Assembly: GCA_016186395.1 (NCBI GenBank)
Contig: JACPLU010000006.1
Coordinates: 7,948-71,947, forward strand
Reading direction: 5' to 3'
DNA: 64,000 bases
Origin: Parcubacteria group bacterium
GTDB taxonomy: Bacteria > Patescibacteriota > Minisyncoccia > 2-02-FULL-40-12
Shown here: positions 26,311 through 38,371 of the stretch, in pieces
How the letters are laid out: every line of letters begins with the position of its first letter
Numbering within the stretch: the first letter of the stretch is position 1
Position numbers and translations under genes: made by a program
Notes under the pieces: generated by a model
Seen by the model: only the letters and a program-made list of their open reading frames with translations
Told to the model about the DNA's origin: nothing
Database searches by the model: none

Positions 26311-27033
26311 TTACCTTATTAAGTCACTCCATCTATAGTATTTTACAATCCCATTTATCCAGCCGGAAATTTGCCGAGCAAGCATTGAACTGGCCCTTAC
26401 TCTAATTCTTAATAATCCGAAATTAACTTTTTTAGTAATATTTCTTTGATTTTTCTTCCGAGCCGTCTTTTGAAAATAAATTTGAGAAAAATACTTCTTT
26501 GGTGAGTTAGTAACTTGCGACCAATAATCAATAACTTTTTCAACTGATCGTTTCTGACTCTTTTTTAAAAAGATGTCAAAACTTATTTCTTCATCTTTTA
26601 ACCCCCCTATTCCTTGAAGCCACTTCAAAAATAATTTTATCAAATAAGGATCTGAACTTGTAAATCTTACACCTTTACGCAAGTCATTTACATTTTTCTG
26701 AATATATCTTTCTCGCCAATATAACGCGATTCCCATCAGCCATAATTCGCGATCAGAAATTTTTTTAATGTCGTTACCAGCCGCCTCTTGAATTATCCGA
26801 ATTGACTCTGCTATACTAGCACTTTTTTTCTGTGAAGCTTTCTTTGCCGCCTCTTTACGCTTCCGTTTTAATCTTAAAAGTTGGTTATCGGATAATTTTA
26901 TACCCTTAAGCCAATAAGATAATGTTGATTTTGGAACCAAAACAGACCTTAATATTTCGGAAAATGAAAAGCCCCGCCTTCTTAAAGCCTTAGCAGTACT
27001 TTTATTACCGTTTTGGTTGTTATGGACTACCAT
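26311..27033 (-). CDS. hypothetical protein with an N-terminal HTH; possibly a degenerate homing-endonuclease-like protein
   Basis: GFSFSEILRSVLVPKSTLSYWLKGIK is HTH-like. The gene sits in strongly AT-rich DNA. Confidence 0.35.
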   Translation of the reverse strand: MVVHNNQNGNKSTAKALRRRGFSFSEILRSVLVPKSTLSYWLKGIKLSDNQLLRLKRKRKEAAKKASQKKSASIAESIRIIQEAAGNDIKKISDRELWLMGIALYWRERYIQKNVNDLRKGVRFTSSDPYLIKLFLKWLQGIGGLKDEEISFDIFLKKSQKRSVEKVIDYWSQVTNSPKKYFSQIYFQKTARKKNQRNITKKVNFGLLRIRVRASSMLARQISGWINGIVKYYRWSDLIR

Positions 27034-27413
27034 ATTAGTTTATTAGTAATATATTAACATATTTCTAATACATATTTATCAACACGCTAAATAACCTAAT
27101 GTTTAAGCCGTTTTTAAATATATTATATACTCCCCCATTTTAGACATGTATATTTTAATAATTTTTTCTAAATAATTTATACCAAAATAAATTGATAAAT
27201 CCCCTAAATACTCGATATTAACCGATGCCAACTGACAAAAAAGAAAGCTTGGGGTGTTGTACTCGCAACCACCAAGCAAATTGATGGCAAAGTTAATCCT
27301 TACCGTTTGCTTTATTTTATTTTTTGGAAGCTAAGGACTAACTAATTTGATTTATGTCATAAAATATGCTATGATTAACATTGTAGTAAATCCCAAAAAG
27401 AGAGGTATATGTT

Positions 27414-27638
27414 ATGTCAAGAGTACATCAAGATGTTGGTGACACGGAAGTCAACGATGTCACCGAGTACGAGGGGTTCAAAATTGGTCAGCCCCTGAAC
27501 CCTCATCTTGAACTTGAACTCGGGGTAAACCTTGAAGTAGTGGGTTTTTCCCCGAGAGGAGAGGTGGTCGTGCAAATAAACAATATACGATGTTTTTCTG
27601 CATGGCCACGCCGTCTTCTAGCCTCAAACGGGATTTAA
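27414..27638 (+). CDS. small hypothetical protein (74 aa)
   Basis: Good RBS agagaggt 8 nt upstream of the ATG; hairpin plus T-run terminator at 27640-27700. Confidence 0.4.
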   Translation: MSRVHQDVGDTEVNDVTEYEGFKIGQPLNPHLELELGVNLEVVGFSPRGEVVVQINNIRCFSAWPRRLLASNGI

Positions 27639-27759
27639 CCCCCGCACATAGAAAAGCCCCACAGCTTTCATCTAGTGCGGGGCTTTTCTATTTTTTAGAC
27701 CTAGCTCACACACTTTGACCACGCTCCTTCAACCTTGTTCAGAACAAGTCAGAGTAAAT

Positions 27760-27940
27760 GAAGCTCCACGGGCTCACGCCCGTGGTATCTCTGGATACCT
27801 TCGGTACCAGAGATACCCGCGTAGCGGCCATCCGGCCCCGCATAATTACGACGCGGAGCTTTAAGCTTAAACCCCTACGTGCGCCAAAAGCGCACTCCGG
27901 GGCTTGGCTTCATCCTTGGGCTTACGCCCAAGGTTTTCGC
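27760..27940 (+). ncRNA. candidate structured small RNA, GC-rich, with five near-perfect hairpins and its own terminator
   Basis: ccacgggc-tcac-gcccgtgg; gtatctctgg(a)tacc-ttc-ggtaccagagatac; ccgcgt...acgcgg enclosing ggcc-atcc-ggcc; gtgcgc-caaaa-gcgcac; ccttgggc-ttac-gcccaagg followed by ttttcgcc. It lies upstream of the metK promoter. Confidence 0.4.
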
Positions 27941-27984
27941 CTAAGGTTTAATAAATTTAAATATCTATCCCAATTAATATATGG

Positions 27985-28013
27985 TTGACCAACAAAATTT
28001 ATTCTTCTATACT
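27985..28013 (+). promoter_or_regulatory. sigma70-type promoter of metK
   Basis: TTGACC - 17 nt - TATACT. Confidence 0.55.
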
Positions 28014-28019
28014 TAAACC

Positions 28020-28208
28020 AATTAACAACGATTAAGTTAAGATATATTAAGAATGATAGAAAAGTTCGCTTAGCGAACGGGAGACCTAGCTCCCTTTTAT
28101 CTATCTGGCAACCTACCTAAAAAGGAAAGGTGCTTAATCTAGCCCTTCGGGGAAAGATGTGTCGGATCAAAAAGATACGCAAATCTCCCTTAAGGAGGTT
28201 TTTATTTT
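28020..28208 (+). promoter_or_regulatory. structured 5' leader of metK, about 190 nt; candidate riboswitch, class unassigned
   Basis: gataga/tctatc helix enclosing gttcgc-ttag-gcgaac and gggag-acctag-ctccc; later ccc-ttcg-ggg; the segment tctccctt could pair with the SD aaggagg. Confidence 0.35.
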
Positions 28209-29261
28209 ATGCCTAGACTCCTAACTGCCGAGAGTGTAACCTCTGGCCATCCGGATAAAATCTGCGATCAGATCTCTGATGGAATTTTAGACGGCTATTT
28301 ATCTCAAGACCCGCAAAGTCGGGTAGCAATTGAAACTTTTGGGACTAAAGGACTAATTGTTGTCGGTGGCGAGGCTACAACTAACAATCCGATCAATATA
28401 AAAGTACTAGTAAAAAAGATTTATCGAGAAATAGGTTACAAAGATAACCCCAGAATCCTAGTAAATATTCATCAACAATCTCCGGATATAAAAATTGGGG
28501 TTGACAGTGGAGGCGCTGGCGACCAAGGAATTATGTATGGCTACGCCACAAATGAAACAAAAGAATTTCTTCCTTTACCAATTGTATTGGCCCACAAACT
28601 TACACATGGTTTAGAGAATCTACGCCGGAATAATCCCCTATTTAGTTGGCTTGGTCCGGATGGCAAATCCCAAGTTACTGTCTTGGGCAATAAAATTCAT
28701 AAAGTTCTCATTTCTTGCCAACACTCTGAAAAAATAGATTTAAACCAAATAAAAAAACTTCTGATAAAATTCCTTGTAAATCCAACAATCGGTCCTGGCA
28801 AATATGAACTTCTTATAAATCCGACAGGGCGTTTTACTGTTGGAGGATTTCAAGCTGACACTGGCTTAACCGGTAGAAAGATAATGGTAGACACATATGG
28901 GGGGTTAATTTCTCACGGCGGGGGCTGTTTTTCCGGAAAAGATCCATCAAAAGTAGATCGGTCCGCAGCTTATATGGCCCGTTTCGCCGCTAAAAACATT
29001 GTCGCCAACAATTATGCGTCCCGATGCCAAGTGAGTGTTGCCTATGCCATAGGCAGAAGCGAACCGCTAATGCTGGAGACAGAAACCTTTGGAACTGGAG
29101 ACCCCAAAAAAACAAAACAACTATTGAAAAGGAATTTTAACTTTTCACCAAGAGAAATTATAAAAACTTTGGGTCTCCTTAAACCTATTTATAAATCAAC
29201 TGCGGTATACGGACATTTTGGCAATAAAGATTATCCTTGGGAACAAATAGTAAAAATCTAA
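28209..29261 (+). CDS. metK: S-adenosylmethionine synthetase
   Basis: TAESVTSGHPDKICDQISD, GAGDQGIMYGYATNET, GRFTVGGFQADTGLTGRKIMVDTYGG and GKDPSKVDRSAAY motifs. Confidence 0.9.
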   Translation: MPRLLTAESVTSGHPDKICDQISDGILDGYLSQDPQSRVAIETFGTKGLIVVGGEATTNNPINIKVLVKKIYREIGYKDNPRILVNIHQQSPDIKIGVDSGGAGDQGIMYGYATNETKEFLPLPIVLAHKLTHGLENLRRNNPLFSWLGPDGKSQVTVLGNKIHKVLISCQHSEKIDLNQIKKLLIKFLVNPTIGPGKYELLINPTGRFTVGGFQADTGLTGRKIMVDTYGGLISHGGGCFSGKDPSKVDRSAAYMARFAAKNIVANNYASRCQVSVAYAIGRSEPLMLETETFGTGDPKKTKQLLKRNFNFSPREIIKTLGLLKPIYKSTAVYGHFGNKDYPWEQIVKI

Positions 29262-29271
29262 TGTTCTTGTC

Positions 29272-31113
29272 TTAAGTATTGGTCTTTTTGCTTCTGGCCC
29301 TATCATTTTTAGTAAGAGACTTTTTACGCAAACGAATAGACTTTGGAGTAACTTCCAAAAGCTCATCATCTTCTATAAAATCTAAGGCTTCTTCAAGCGT
29401 AAAAATAGTTGGTGGTGCAAGGGTAATCGCGTCGTCTGAAGATTTTGAACGCATATTAGTTAAAACCTTTCCTTTGCAAACATTTATTTCAATATCTTCT
29501 TTCCTACTATTAAGACCTACTATCATGCCCTCATAAACCTGTGTTGTTGGTTCAACAAAAGTAATGCCCCTGCCTTGAGCGACCTCCAATCCAAACGCAA
29601 CCGCTTTTCCTGTTTCAGAAGCGAGCAAAACACCATTTCTCATTCTTGGTAATTGGGCGCCAAGTTTTCTGTATCCTAATAGAACACTATTTATAACCGC
29701 CGTACCCTTTGTTTCTCTGACGAGAATACTTCTTAAACCAAGGAAATTCTGTGTACTGACGTGATACACCAGTCTTGAATAACCGTTATTATGATTCACT
29801 AAATCAACCAAGTCGGATTTTCTTTTTCCAAATTCGGTTGTTATAACCCCGACAAATTCTTCAGGTATATCAATTGTAATTTCTTCAAACGGTTCTTGCT
29901 TTTCTCCATTCACTTCTTTAACGATCACCTCGGGTCTGGAAATTTCCAATTCAAAACCCTCACGACGCAAAGTTTCAATTAGAATAGACAAATGCAACTC
30001 ACCTCTACCGGAAACTAAAAAATCTGTGCCTCCGACATCGACCATACGCATACCAACATTAGTCTCTATTTCCCTATGCAAACGTTCGCCTATTTGGCGA
30101 GATGTAACATAACTTCCCTCTTGCCCTTTAAACGGCGACGTATTGGGTCCAATTCTGATTCTCAAAGTTGGCTCCTCAATCTTAATTGTCGGCAATGCTT
30201 CAGGATTATTGGGATCAGCAACGGTCATGCCGATATGAGAATCCGACAAACCAGTAACAGCCACAATTTCTCCAGCACTTGCACCCTGAACTTCAAGTTT
30301 TTTCAGTCCATCAAATAAAAATATTTTATCAACCTGGGCATTGGTCTTAAAACCGTCATGGCCTATTACAGTAACGGATTGCCCCGGTTTAATACTGCCT
30401 CTTAAAATTCTACCGATTGTATACTTGCCCTGATAACTGTCTTGATCAAGATTAGTAACCAGCATCTGTAAAGACAAATCAACATCAACTTCCGGGGCCG
30501 GTATAAAATTTATTATTTCTTCAAAAAGAGGTTTTAAATCGGCAGCACCTAATACTTCTTCGTTGCTTGGAATATGATTCCAAGCCTTTCCCTCACGGCC
30601 TATGGCATAAATAACTGGAAAATCTAAATGGTGATCTTCTTCTGATAAGTGCAAAAAAAGATTTCCGACTTCATCTACGGTACGTTTTATATCAGCTCCG
30701 GATTTATCAATTTTATTTATGACAACAATAATCCTAAGATTTAATTCTATTGCCTTTTTAAGAACAAATTTTGTCTGAGGCATAGGCCCTTCTTGAGCGT
30801 CAACTAAAAGCAAAGCTCCGTCTGCCATATTTAAGGTGCGCTCTACCTCCCCTCCGAAATCAGCATGGCCAGGCGTATCAATTATATTAATTTTTATCCC
30901 GTTATACTTTACAGATGTATTTTTAGCCAAAATCGTTATTCCCCTCTCACGTTCCAAGTCATTTGAGTCCATAATTAAATCTTTGGTTAATTCCTCTGCT
31001 TTCGCATGAAAAGTATTTGACTGTTTCAACAAAAAATCAACCAGAGTTGTTTTTCCATGGTCTACGTGGGCAATGATAGCAATATTTCTTAAATTTGATA
31101 CTTTTTCTTTCAT
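29272..31113 (-). CDS. typA: translational GTPase TypA/BipA
   Basis: RNIAIIAHVDHGKTTLVDFLLKQSNTF, DTPGHADFGGEVER, NKIDK. Convergent with metK across a 10-bp gap. Confidence 0.9.
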   Translation of the reverse strand: MKEKVSNLRNIAIIAHVDHGKTTLVDFLLKQSNTFHAKAEELTKDLIMDSNDLERERGITILAKNTSVKYNGIKINIIDTPGHADFGGEVERTLNMADGALLLVDAQEGPMPQTKFVLKKAIELNLRIIVVINKIDKSGADIKRTVDEVGNLFLHLSEEDHHLDFPVIYAIGREGKAWNHIPSNEEVLGAADLKPLFEEIINFIPAPEVDVDLSLQMLVTNLDQDSYQGKYTIGRILRGSIKPGQSVTVIGHDGFKTNAQVDKIFLFDGLKKLEVQGASAGEIVAVTGLSDSHIGMTVADPNNPEALPTIKIEEPTLRIRIGPNTSPFKGQEGSYVTSRQIGERLHREIETNVGMRMVDVGGTDFLVSGRGELHLSILIETLRREGFELEISRPEVIVKEVNGEKQEPFEEITIDIPEEFVGVITTEFGKRKSDLVDLVNHNNGYSRLVYHVSTQNFLGLRSILVRETKGTAVINSVLLGYRKLGAQLPRMRNGVLLASETGKAVAFGLEVAQGRGITFVEPTTQVYEGMIVGLNSRKEDIEINVCKGKVLTNMRSKSSDDAITLAPPTIFTLEEALDFIEDDELLEVTPKSIRLRKKSLTKNDRARSKKTNT

Positions 31114-31269
31114 TTGTAACTTAAGACCCCGTCGTTAAGGGGTCAGTTGCTTTTATTATAACACACTTAGAAATACTAAACAACGTCAAAATCAGGGGTA
31201 TTCCACGCACATATTATGCCTTAAAACCTAATTTCTTCCACAATATGTATGTGAATAGAGCTTAATAAA

Positions 31270-31298
31270 TTTGACAACAATACCACATAGTGCTACTA
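31270..31298 (+). promoter_or_regulatory. sigma70-type promoter
   Basis: TTGACA - 17 nt - TACTAT. Confidence 0.5.
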
Positions 31299-31335
31299 TT
31301 TCTTTAAATCTTTTAAGCGTTACGGAGGAATGTGT

Positions 31336-31591
31336 GATGAAAAAAGAAAAAATCACCCACACATACGATGAAATTAATGCCTTAAAAAACCCCTATTTTG
31401 TGGACTGGCTGAAGAACTATGATAAAGAATTGAAACGCCTTTCAAATTTTGAACTCTTGTCTGAACATGCGAACTCTGCTATTCGTGATGGGGGAACATC
31501 CGAAGTACTTGGCTTTCGAAGCCTACAAAAAAAACATGCTGAAAATGAAATACTTAGACGAATGAATCAGAAGAGGGTCAAAAAGCAATAA
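31336..31591 (+). CDS. small hypothetical protein (85 aa)
   Basis: The ATG at 31336 is 8 nt after the SD ggagga. The longer ORF from 31271 overlaps its own promoter and is not used here. Confidence 0.45.
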
Positions 31592-31615
31592 ATAATCGAT
31601 ATTTGAACAAAGATT

Positions 31616-31642
31616 GGCAAAAGCGCAAATGCGCTTTTTTTC
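31616..31642 (+). terminator. intrinsic terminator
   Basis: aaaagcgc-aaat-gcgctttt followed by ttttc. Confidence 0.6.
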
Positions 31643-31735
31643 TTTCCAAACTTAAGATACATACAGAACTTTAAAAATGATTATTTAAGAAAATGGACAT
31701 TTGAATAAATATAAACTTAATCCTATAATATTCTT

Positions 31736-32191
31736 ATGGCTAAACCCTTAAGTCTTGAAGAGGTTAGGAAACATCATAAGCCGATAAGAAACGTTAATCT
31801 TGAACACAAAGAGAAACTTTCTAGATTAGAAAGATTTGCCGTTTGGATTACAGAACATATAGGTTCAATGGGTTTTTTCCTTCTAATTTTAGCCTGGACC
31901 ATTTTTTGGCTGTTATGGAACACGGTTGGACCAGAAGAGTCACAATTTGATCCATTTCCTGCTTTTGTTTTTTGGCTTTTTATTTCCAACATGATTCAGC
32001 TTCTTTTAATGCCCCTGATAATGATCGGACAAAACCTACAAGGCCGGCATTCAGAAGCAAGAGCGTCCGAGGATTTTGAAGTGAACATCAAAGCAGAAAA
32101 AGAAATAGAAGTCATAGTACAGCATCTTGAGAATCAGGGCGAACTAATACAGAAGATTGCCAGTGACCTTGAGTCACTAAAACAAAAGTAA
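31736..32191 (+). CDS. DUF1003-family membrane protein
   Basis: LSRLERFAVWITEHIGSMGFFLLILAWTIFWLLWN...DPFPAFVFWLFISNMIQLLLMPLIMIGQNLQGRH fits the DUF1003 pattern. Confidence 0.55.
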   Translation: MAKPLSLEEVRKHHKPIRNVNLEHKEKLSRLERFAVWITEHIGSMGFFLLILAWTIFWLLWNTVGPEESQFDPFPAFVFWLFISNMIQLLLMPLIMIGQNLQGRHSEARASEDFEVNIKAEKEIEVIVQHLENQGELIQKIASDLESLKQK

Positions 32192-32236
32192 TTTACCGTC
32201 CTAAATAAAAAACCCCACGGCTAAGTCAGGAGGTTT

Positions 32237-32806
32237 TTATTGTAAAACATGCAACTCCTTGAGAACCTTTTCAAAATTGGTAATTGCTTCTATTGAGTCC
32301 GACTGTGTAATTTTAAATTCCGGATTATGAGCAATCTGATTTCTAATCTTATGGGCAAACCACAAACCATCTATTGATTGGATCTGGTCTCGCGTAATAA
32401 GCATAAGCTTTTCTCCCATTGTTTCACCCGGATAACCGGCTTTTTCAAGAATATTGTTCACCAACGCATCAGCTTCAATTACAGCAAGTTTCCACTGGGC
32501 TTCTTTGTCTGAATCTATGTGGCGCTTAATTTCTTCCCATCTAGCCATTAATGGCCCGCCTTCGTCTGGTTTTACTGGTGTCGCTTTTAGTTGCCTTAAG
32601 CGCTCGGCAACAAACTTTCTTAATTTAATTACTAAAATTATAAAGGCGACTCCAAAAACAATTGAAATAAAAAGAGATAGCTTTTTTATGAAAATTAATA
32701 AATCTGAACTAAAACCGCCGTCCTGAAACGTCCCAACTGCTTGGGCAACATAAAACTTACCTGAATCTAAAAGTGAAATTAAATCTGGAGAAAAATTCGT
32801 AGGCAT
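32237..32806 (-). CDS. hypothetical membrane-anchored protein
   Basis: One transmembrane helix (LFISIVFGVAFIILVIKL). Its start overlaps the gatA stop region. Confidence 0.45.
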   Translation of the reverse strand: MPTNFSPDLISLLDSGKFYVAQAVGTFQDGGFSSDLLIFIKKLSLFISIVFGVAFIILVIKLRKFVAERLRQLKATPVKPDEGGPLMARWEEIKRHIDSDKEAQWKLAVIEADALVNNILEKAGYPGETMGEKLMLITRDQIQSIDGLWFAHKIRNQIAHNPEFKITQSDSIEAITNFEKVLKELHVLQ

Positions 32807-34230
32807 TATTGTGGGTTCAATGATTGTTCCAATGAATATGCTGTTTTTAAAATTGTAGCCTCATCAAAAGGTTTTCCTATTATCTGAAAACCAACAGGAA
32901 GATCTTTATTTTCAATTCTAACACTTCCGCAAGGAATAGAAATTGCCGGCAAACCAGCCAAATTAACTGGAACAGTATAAATATCAGATAAATACATTGA
33001 AACTGGATCTTCTGCTTTCTCTCCTATTTTAAAAGCGGTTGTTGGAGCAGTTGGCCCAACAATTACGTCCACTTTTAAAAACGCATCGTCAAAATCTTTT
33101 TTAATTAGTGCACGGACTTTTTGAGCTTTTAAATAATAGGCATCGTAATAGCCGGAAGATAGAGCAAAGGCACCAAGCATAATACGACGTTTAGTTTCTT
33201 GCCCAAATCCTTCACCACGGCTTTTAGCATAGACTTCAAACAAATCTTTTGCGTGTGTTGACGAATGGCCATAACGAATTCCATCAAGACGGGCCAAATT
33301 TGCAGAAACTTCCGATGGTAAAATTATATAATAAGCCGCTAAAGCATACTCAGAATGAGGCAAAGAAATGTCTATTATTTCTGCGCCCAAAGACTTTAAC
33401 TTAGAAATCGCTGATTCCACTTTTATTTTTACTTCCGGATCTAAACCTTTGCCAAAGTATTCTTTGGGTACACCAACTTTTAATCCTTTAATAATTCCGT
33501 CTAAACCTTTTGTAAAATCCGGCACATTTAAATCTATCGTTGTGGAATCAAACACATCTTTACCAACTATAACGCTTAAAACTGTGGCTGAATCATAAAC
33601 CTTTTTTGTAAATGAACCAATCTGATCCAAAGACGAAGCAAGAGCGATCAGACCATGCCGCGATACCCGACCATAAGTTGGTTTTAATCCGACCACGCCA
33701 CAAAAAGAAGCCGGCTGACGAATTGATCCACCAGTATCAGAACCAAGAGCAAAAACACATAAATCTGCGGCTACGGCCGCGGCTGAACCACCAGAGCTTC
33801 CACCCGGGACACGCGACACATCGTGTGGATTCTTGCTTGGTCCAAAAGCAGAATTCTCTGTTGATGAACCCATGGCAAATTCATCCATATTTGTTTTACC
33901 TAAAAAAGTCACACCTGACATTTTTAATTTTGAAATAACCGTAGCATCGTAAGCTGAAACGTAATTTTCCAGAATCTTTGAACCGGCAGTACAAATAGTC
34001 CCGTCAATTAAAATATTGTCCTTAACGGCACATGGAACACCAGACAACGGCATAGCCGCTGAATTTTCAATTTTCAATTTACAATTTTCAAATATAGATA
34101 AATAAGCATTTAATTCTTTATTCTCTTTTTCTATTTTTTTATAGTAATGCTTAAAAATTTCTTCAGCTGAAAAATCGCCTTTTTTAAGACCTTCCTTGAC
34201 TGATTCAATTGTAAAACTTATATTTAGCAT
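32806..34230 (-). CDS. gatA: Glu/Asp-tRNA amidotransferase subunit A
   Basis: Amidase signature [45 protein letters not shown]. Confidence 0.9.
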   Translation of the reverse strand: MLNISFTIESVKEGLKKGDFSAEEIFKHYYKKIEKENKELNAYLSIFENCKLKIENSAAMPLSGVPCAVKDNILIDGTICTAGSKILENYVSAYDATVISKLKMSGVTFLGKTNMDEFAMGSSTENSAFGPSKNPHDVSRVPGGSSGGSAAAVAADLCVFALGSDTGGSIRQPASFCGVVGLKPTYGRVSRHGLIALASSLDQIGSFTKKVYDSATVLSVIVGKDVFDSTTIDLNVPDFTKGLDGIIKGLKVGVPKEYFGKGLDPEVKIKVESAISKLKSLGAEIIDISLPHSEYALAAYYIILPSEVSANLARLDGIRYGHSSTHAKDLFEVYAKSRGEGFGQETKRRIMLGAFALSSGYYDAYYLKAQKVRALIKKDFDDAFLKVDVIVGPTAPTTAFKIGEKAEDPVSMYLSDIYTVPVNLAGLPAISIPCGSVRIENKDLPVGFQIIGKPFDEATILKTAYSLEQSLNPQ

Positions 34231-34246
34231 AATTGCTGTTTAAAAA

Positions 34247-34576
34247 TTGGAGGCACGAAATATGGTATCGCATCTCAGAAAACCCACCATACCACTTACT
34301 AAAAAACAAATTAAAATGGGACCGCCTCGTTTCATAAATAAAACTGAATTTAAAAATTTACTGAGAAAAGAACTAAAGAAAAAATATGATGGACCTGTTG
34401 GTTTTGATATAGTATCCATTGCTGATATTTATCGTAAGTTAAAAAAGAAGCATCGTCACATCAATTTAACCAGTGAAGAAATTTCAAAATTTATAAATAT
34501 TCTTATTGAAAACTGGGTTATCGACTTAAAACTTGATATAGTAACAAGGGAAGTTTATTTTTGTTTTAACGAATAA
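34247..34576 (+). CDS. hypothetical small protein on the opposite strand, exactly filling the gatC-gatA gap
   Basis: 109-aa basic AT-rich ORF with no minus-strand alternative. It could instead be a non-coding spacer. Confidence 0.3.
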   Translation: MEARNMVSHLRKPTIPLTKKQIKMGPPRFINKTEFKNLLRKELKKKYDGPVGFDIVSIADIYRKLKKKHRHINLTSEEISKFINILIENWVIDLKLDIVTREVYFCFNE

Positions 34577-34578
34577 CT

Positions 34579-34893
34579 CTATTTCTTATGCTCCAAAACA
34601 GATTTAACTTTAACAAATCTACCTTCGTGTTCCGGAGTCTGACCAATTAATTTATTTGTTAAATCCTCGTCCATTACAAAACTATTTCTTGGTTCATCGC
34701 TTCGATAAGAATTTGATAATCCAGTTGTTTGATACAATGGCTCTATGTTTTCAGTATCTACCTTATTTAACTGATCTATAAAATCTAAAATCTTCGCCAA
34801 TTCCTTGGCGAATTTTTCTTTTTCAACTTCAGTTAATTCAATCCTGGCGAGTCTTGCAATATGCTCTACATCAATAACAGATTTAGAACTCAA
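34579..34893 (-). CDS. gatC: Glu/Asp-tRNA amidotransferase subunit C
   Basis: IDVEHIARLARIELTEVEKEKFAKELAKILDFIDQL. Confidence 0.85.
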   Translation of the reverse strand: MSSKSVIDVEHIARLARIELTEVEKEKFAKELAKILDFIDQLNKVDTENIEPLYQTTGLSNSYRSDEPRNSFVMDEDLTNKLIGQTPEHEGRFVKVKSVLEHKK

Positions 34894-34975
34894 AGCTAAA
34901 TGACTAATGACTAAAGACTAGGGCTTTTTTGATATTTTTAACTTTAGTCTTTGGACTTTAGACGCTAGACTACAA
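34893..34975. repeat. palindromic repeat-unit cluster downstream of gatC
   Basis: atgactaatgactaaagactagggc...actttagtctttggactttagacgctagac. Confidence 0.65.
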
Positions 34976-35080
34976 TTACTAATTTACCATGATTTTCCCA
35001 AACAAAAAAGCCCAGCCGTATTTTGGAAAACTTCTCAAAATACGGCTGGGTCAAGAGCCAAAACCCAAGAATCCAAGTGC

Positions 35081-35605
35081 CTATACTTTCCCGCTTCGCC
35101 AAAGCTCCAGCGAGGCGAGTCCGCTTCGCCTTCGGCTCAGCGAGACAAGCGAAACAATCTGGCCGCTAGCAACCCAATCATGCGGGTAATCAAAAGAGTT
35201 AGCATAGACGCACCATCCGTCACGGCTGACCGGGCCATAACCTCGACTCACGCTCACGGCCCACAGTTCCCCATTTAGACCTCGAAGGAAAAAAATGAAC
35301 CACGCTTGAGTTTCACGCCTACTCGCAAGAAATTGCTTAAATTGAGAAACTGACAACTCGACTTTAACGCCAAGCAATTTAAGGATTAGGGCACTAGATG
35401 CTTGGCTTCCAAGATTATGAATGTCGAATTCGCCTTTATCTTTATTAGTTTCTTTGATTTCCAGACCCAAGAACTGAGTTTGAAAATTTTTGTCCATAAA
35501 AACTATTCCGGCTTCCTCAAAATATTCCTTAGAGGTGATGCGAGGTTGAACGCCAACCCTTATCGTACCCAAACGTTTAAGTATCCCGTCCTTAGATTTA
35601 GCCAT
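35081..35605 (-). CDS. hypothetical protein
   Basis: 174-aa ORF; no recognised motif. Confidence 0.4.
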   Translation of the reverse strand: MAKSKDGILKRLGTIRVGVQPRITSKEYFEEAGIVFMDKNFQTQFLGLEIKETNKDKGEFDIHNLGSQASSALILKLLGVKVELSVSQFKQFLASRRETQAWFIFFLRGLNGELWAVSVSRGYGPVSRDGWCVYANSFDYPHDWVASGQIVSLVSLSRRRSGLASLELWRSGKV

Positions 35606-35922
35606 TTTTACTTCTTCCTCCTATAAAAATGATTATTTGAACGTGCCCTTACTCAATACCATATCTACTGGGATAACGCAATAGCTAGCATGTGGTTTAT
35701 TTTTAAGGAAATCGAGGGACGCAGAACAGGATAACATAAATTAAAGAAGCGAAGTTCTATATTTTCAGGTATTTGTAACTTGAGATTGCTTGGCTCTTTT
35801 CTGCAGGCAGAAAAGAAATCTAAAGTTACACATAGCAAATTTCTCGCAGGTCAAGGCGAAGGTTCACGCAAAACGGGAATCGCCTCAAGAAATTTGCGTG
35901 CCTGAAAGTATAGGACGAGCGA

Positions 35923-37980
<2,058 letters not shown>

Positions 37981-37996
37981 CTACGAAAAATTTTAA

Positions 37997-38371
37997 TTAG
38001 AAAGCCTCATTAACCTCAAGTGCTCTGTTAATACCGTTTACAATTCCCACTGACCTGAGGCTTTGAGAACCAAGTGGTATAATTTGAAACTGAACTCCAT
38101 TAGATAAAGTAACTGGAACTGAAACACCGGGACAATTAGATATGGATTGTGGCGGTGTTTGCTGTTTTCTTACACTGTAAAGACAGGACTCAATTCCGCT
38201 ATCTGCCGCGAAGATTGACTCCAATGAATCCGATGATTCTTTAATCAGCTTCAACTTACCTATAAAAATAGTAGATAGCACAAAAACAATAGCCAACGCA
38301 ACGCTCACTAACAAAAGTGTATATATAATTGCTATACCTTGTGACTGGTTAAAAAATATTTTATCTTTCAA
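37997..38371 (-). CDS. minor pilin-like protein
   Basis: N-terminal hydrophobic helix; lies in the pseudopilin block. Confidence 0.45.
   Translation of the reverse strand: MKDKIFFNQSQGIAIIYTLLLVSVALAIVFVLSTIFIGKLKLIKESSDSLESIFAADSGIESCLYSVRKQQTPPQSISNCPGVSVPVTLSNGVQFQIIPLGSQSLRSVGIVNGINRALEVNEAF

Noticed and set aside
28020-28208. SAM-I (S-box) riboswitch assignment for the metK leader
   Set aside because: GGCAACC and GGUGC are present, but their spacing and the helix topology do not fit the SAM-I four-way junction. It is kept only as an unclassified candidate.
31271-31335. Longer 106-aa form of the small ORF
   Set aside because: The extension overlaps its own TTGACA-17-TACTAT promoter. 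The SD-preceded ATG at 31336 is preferred.
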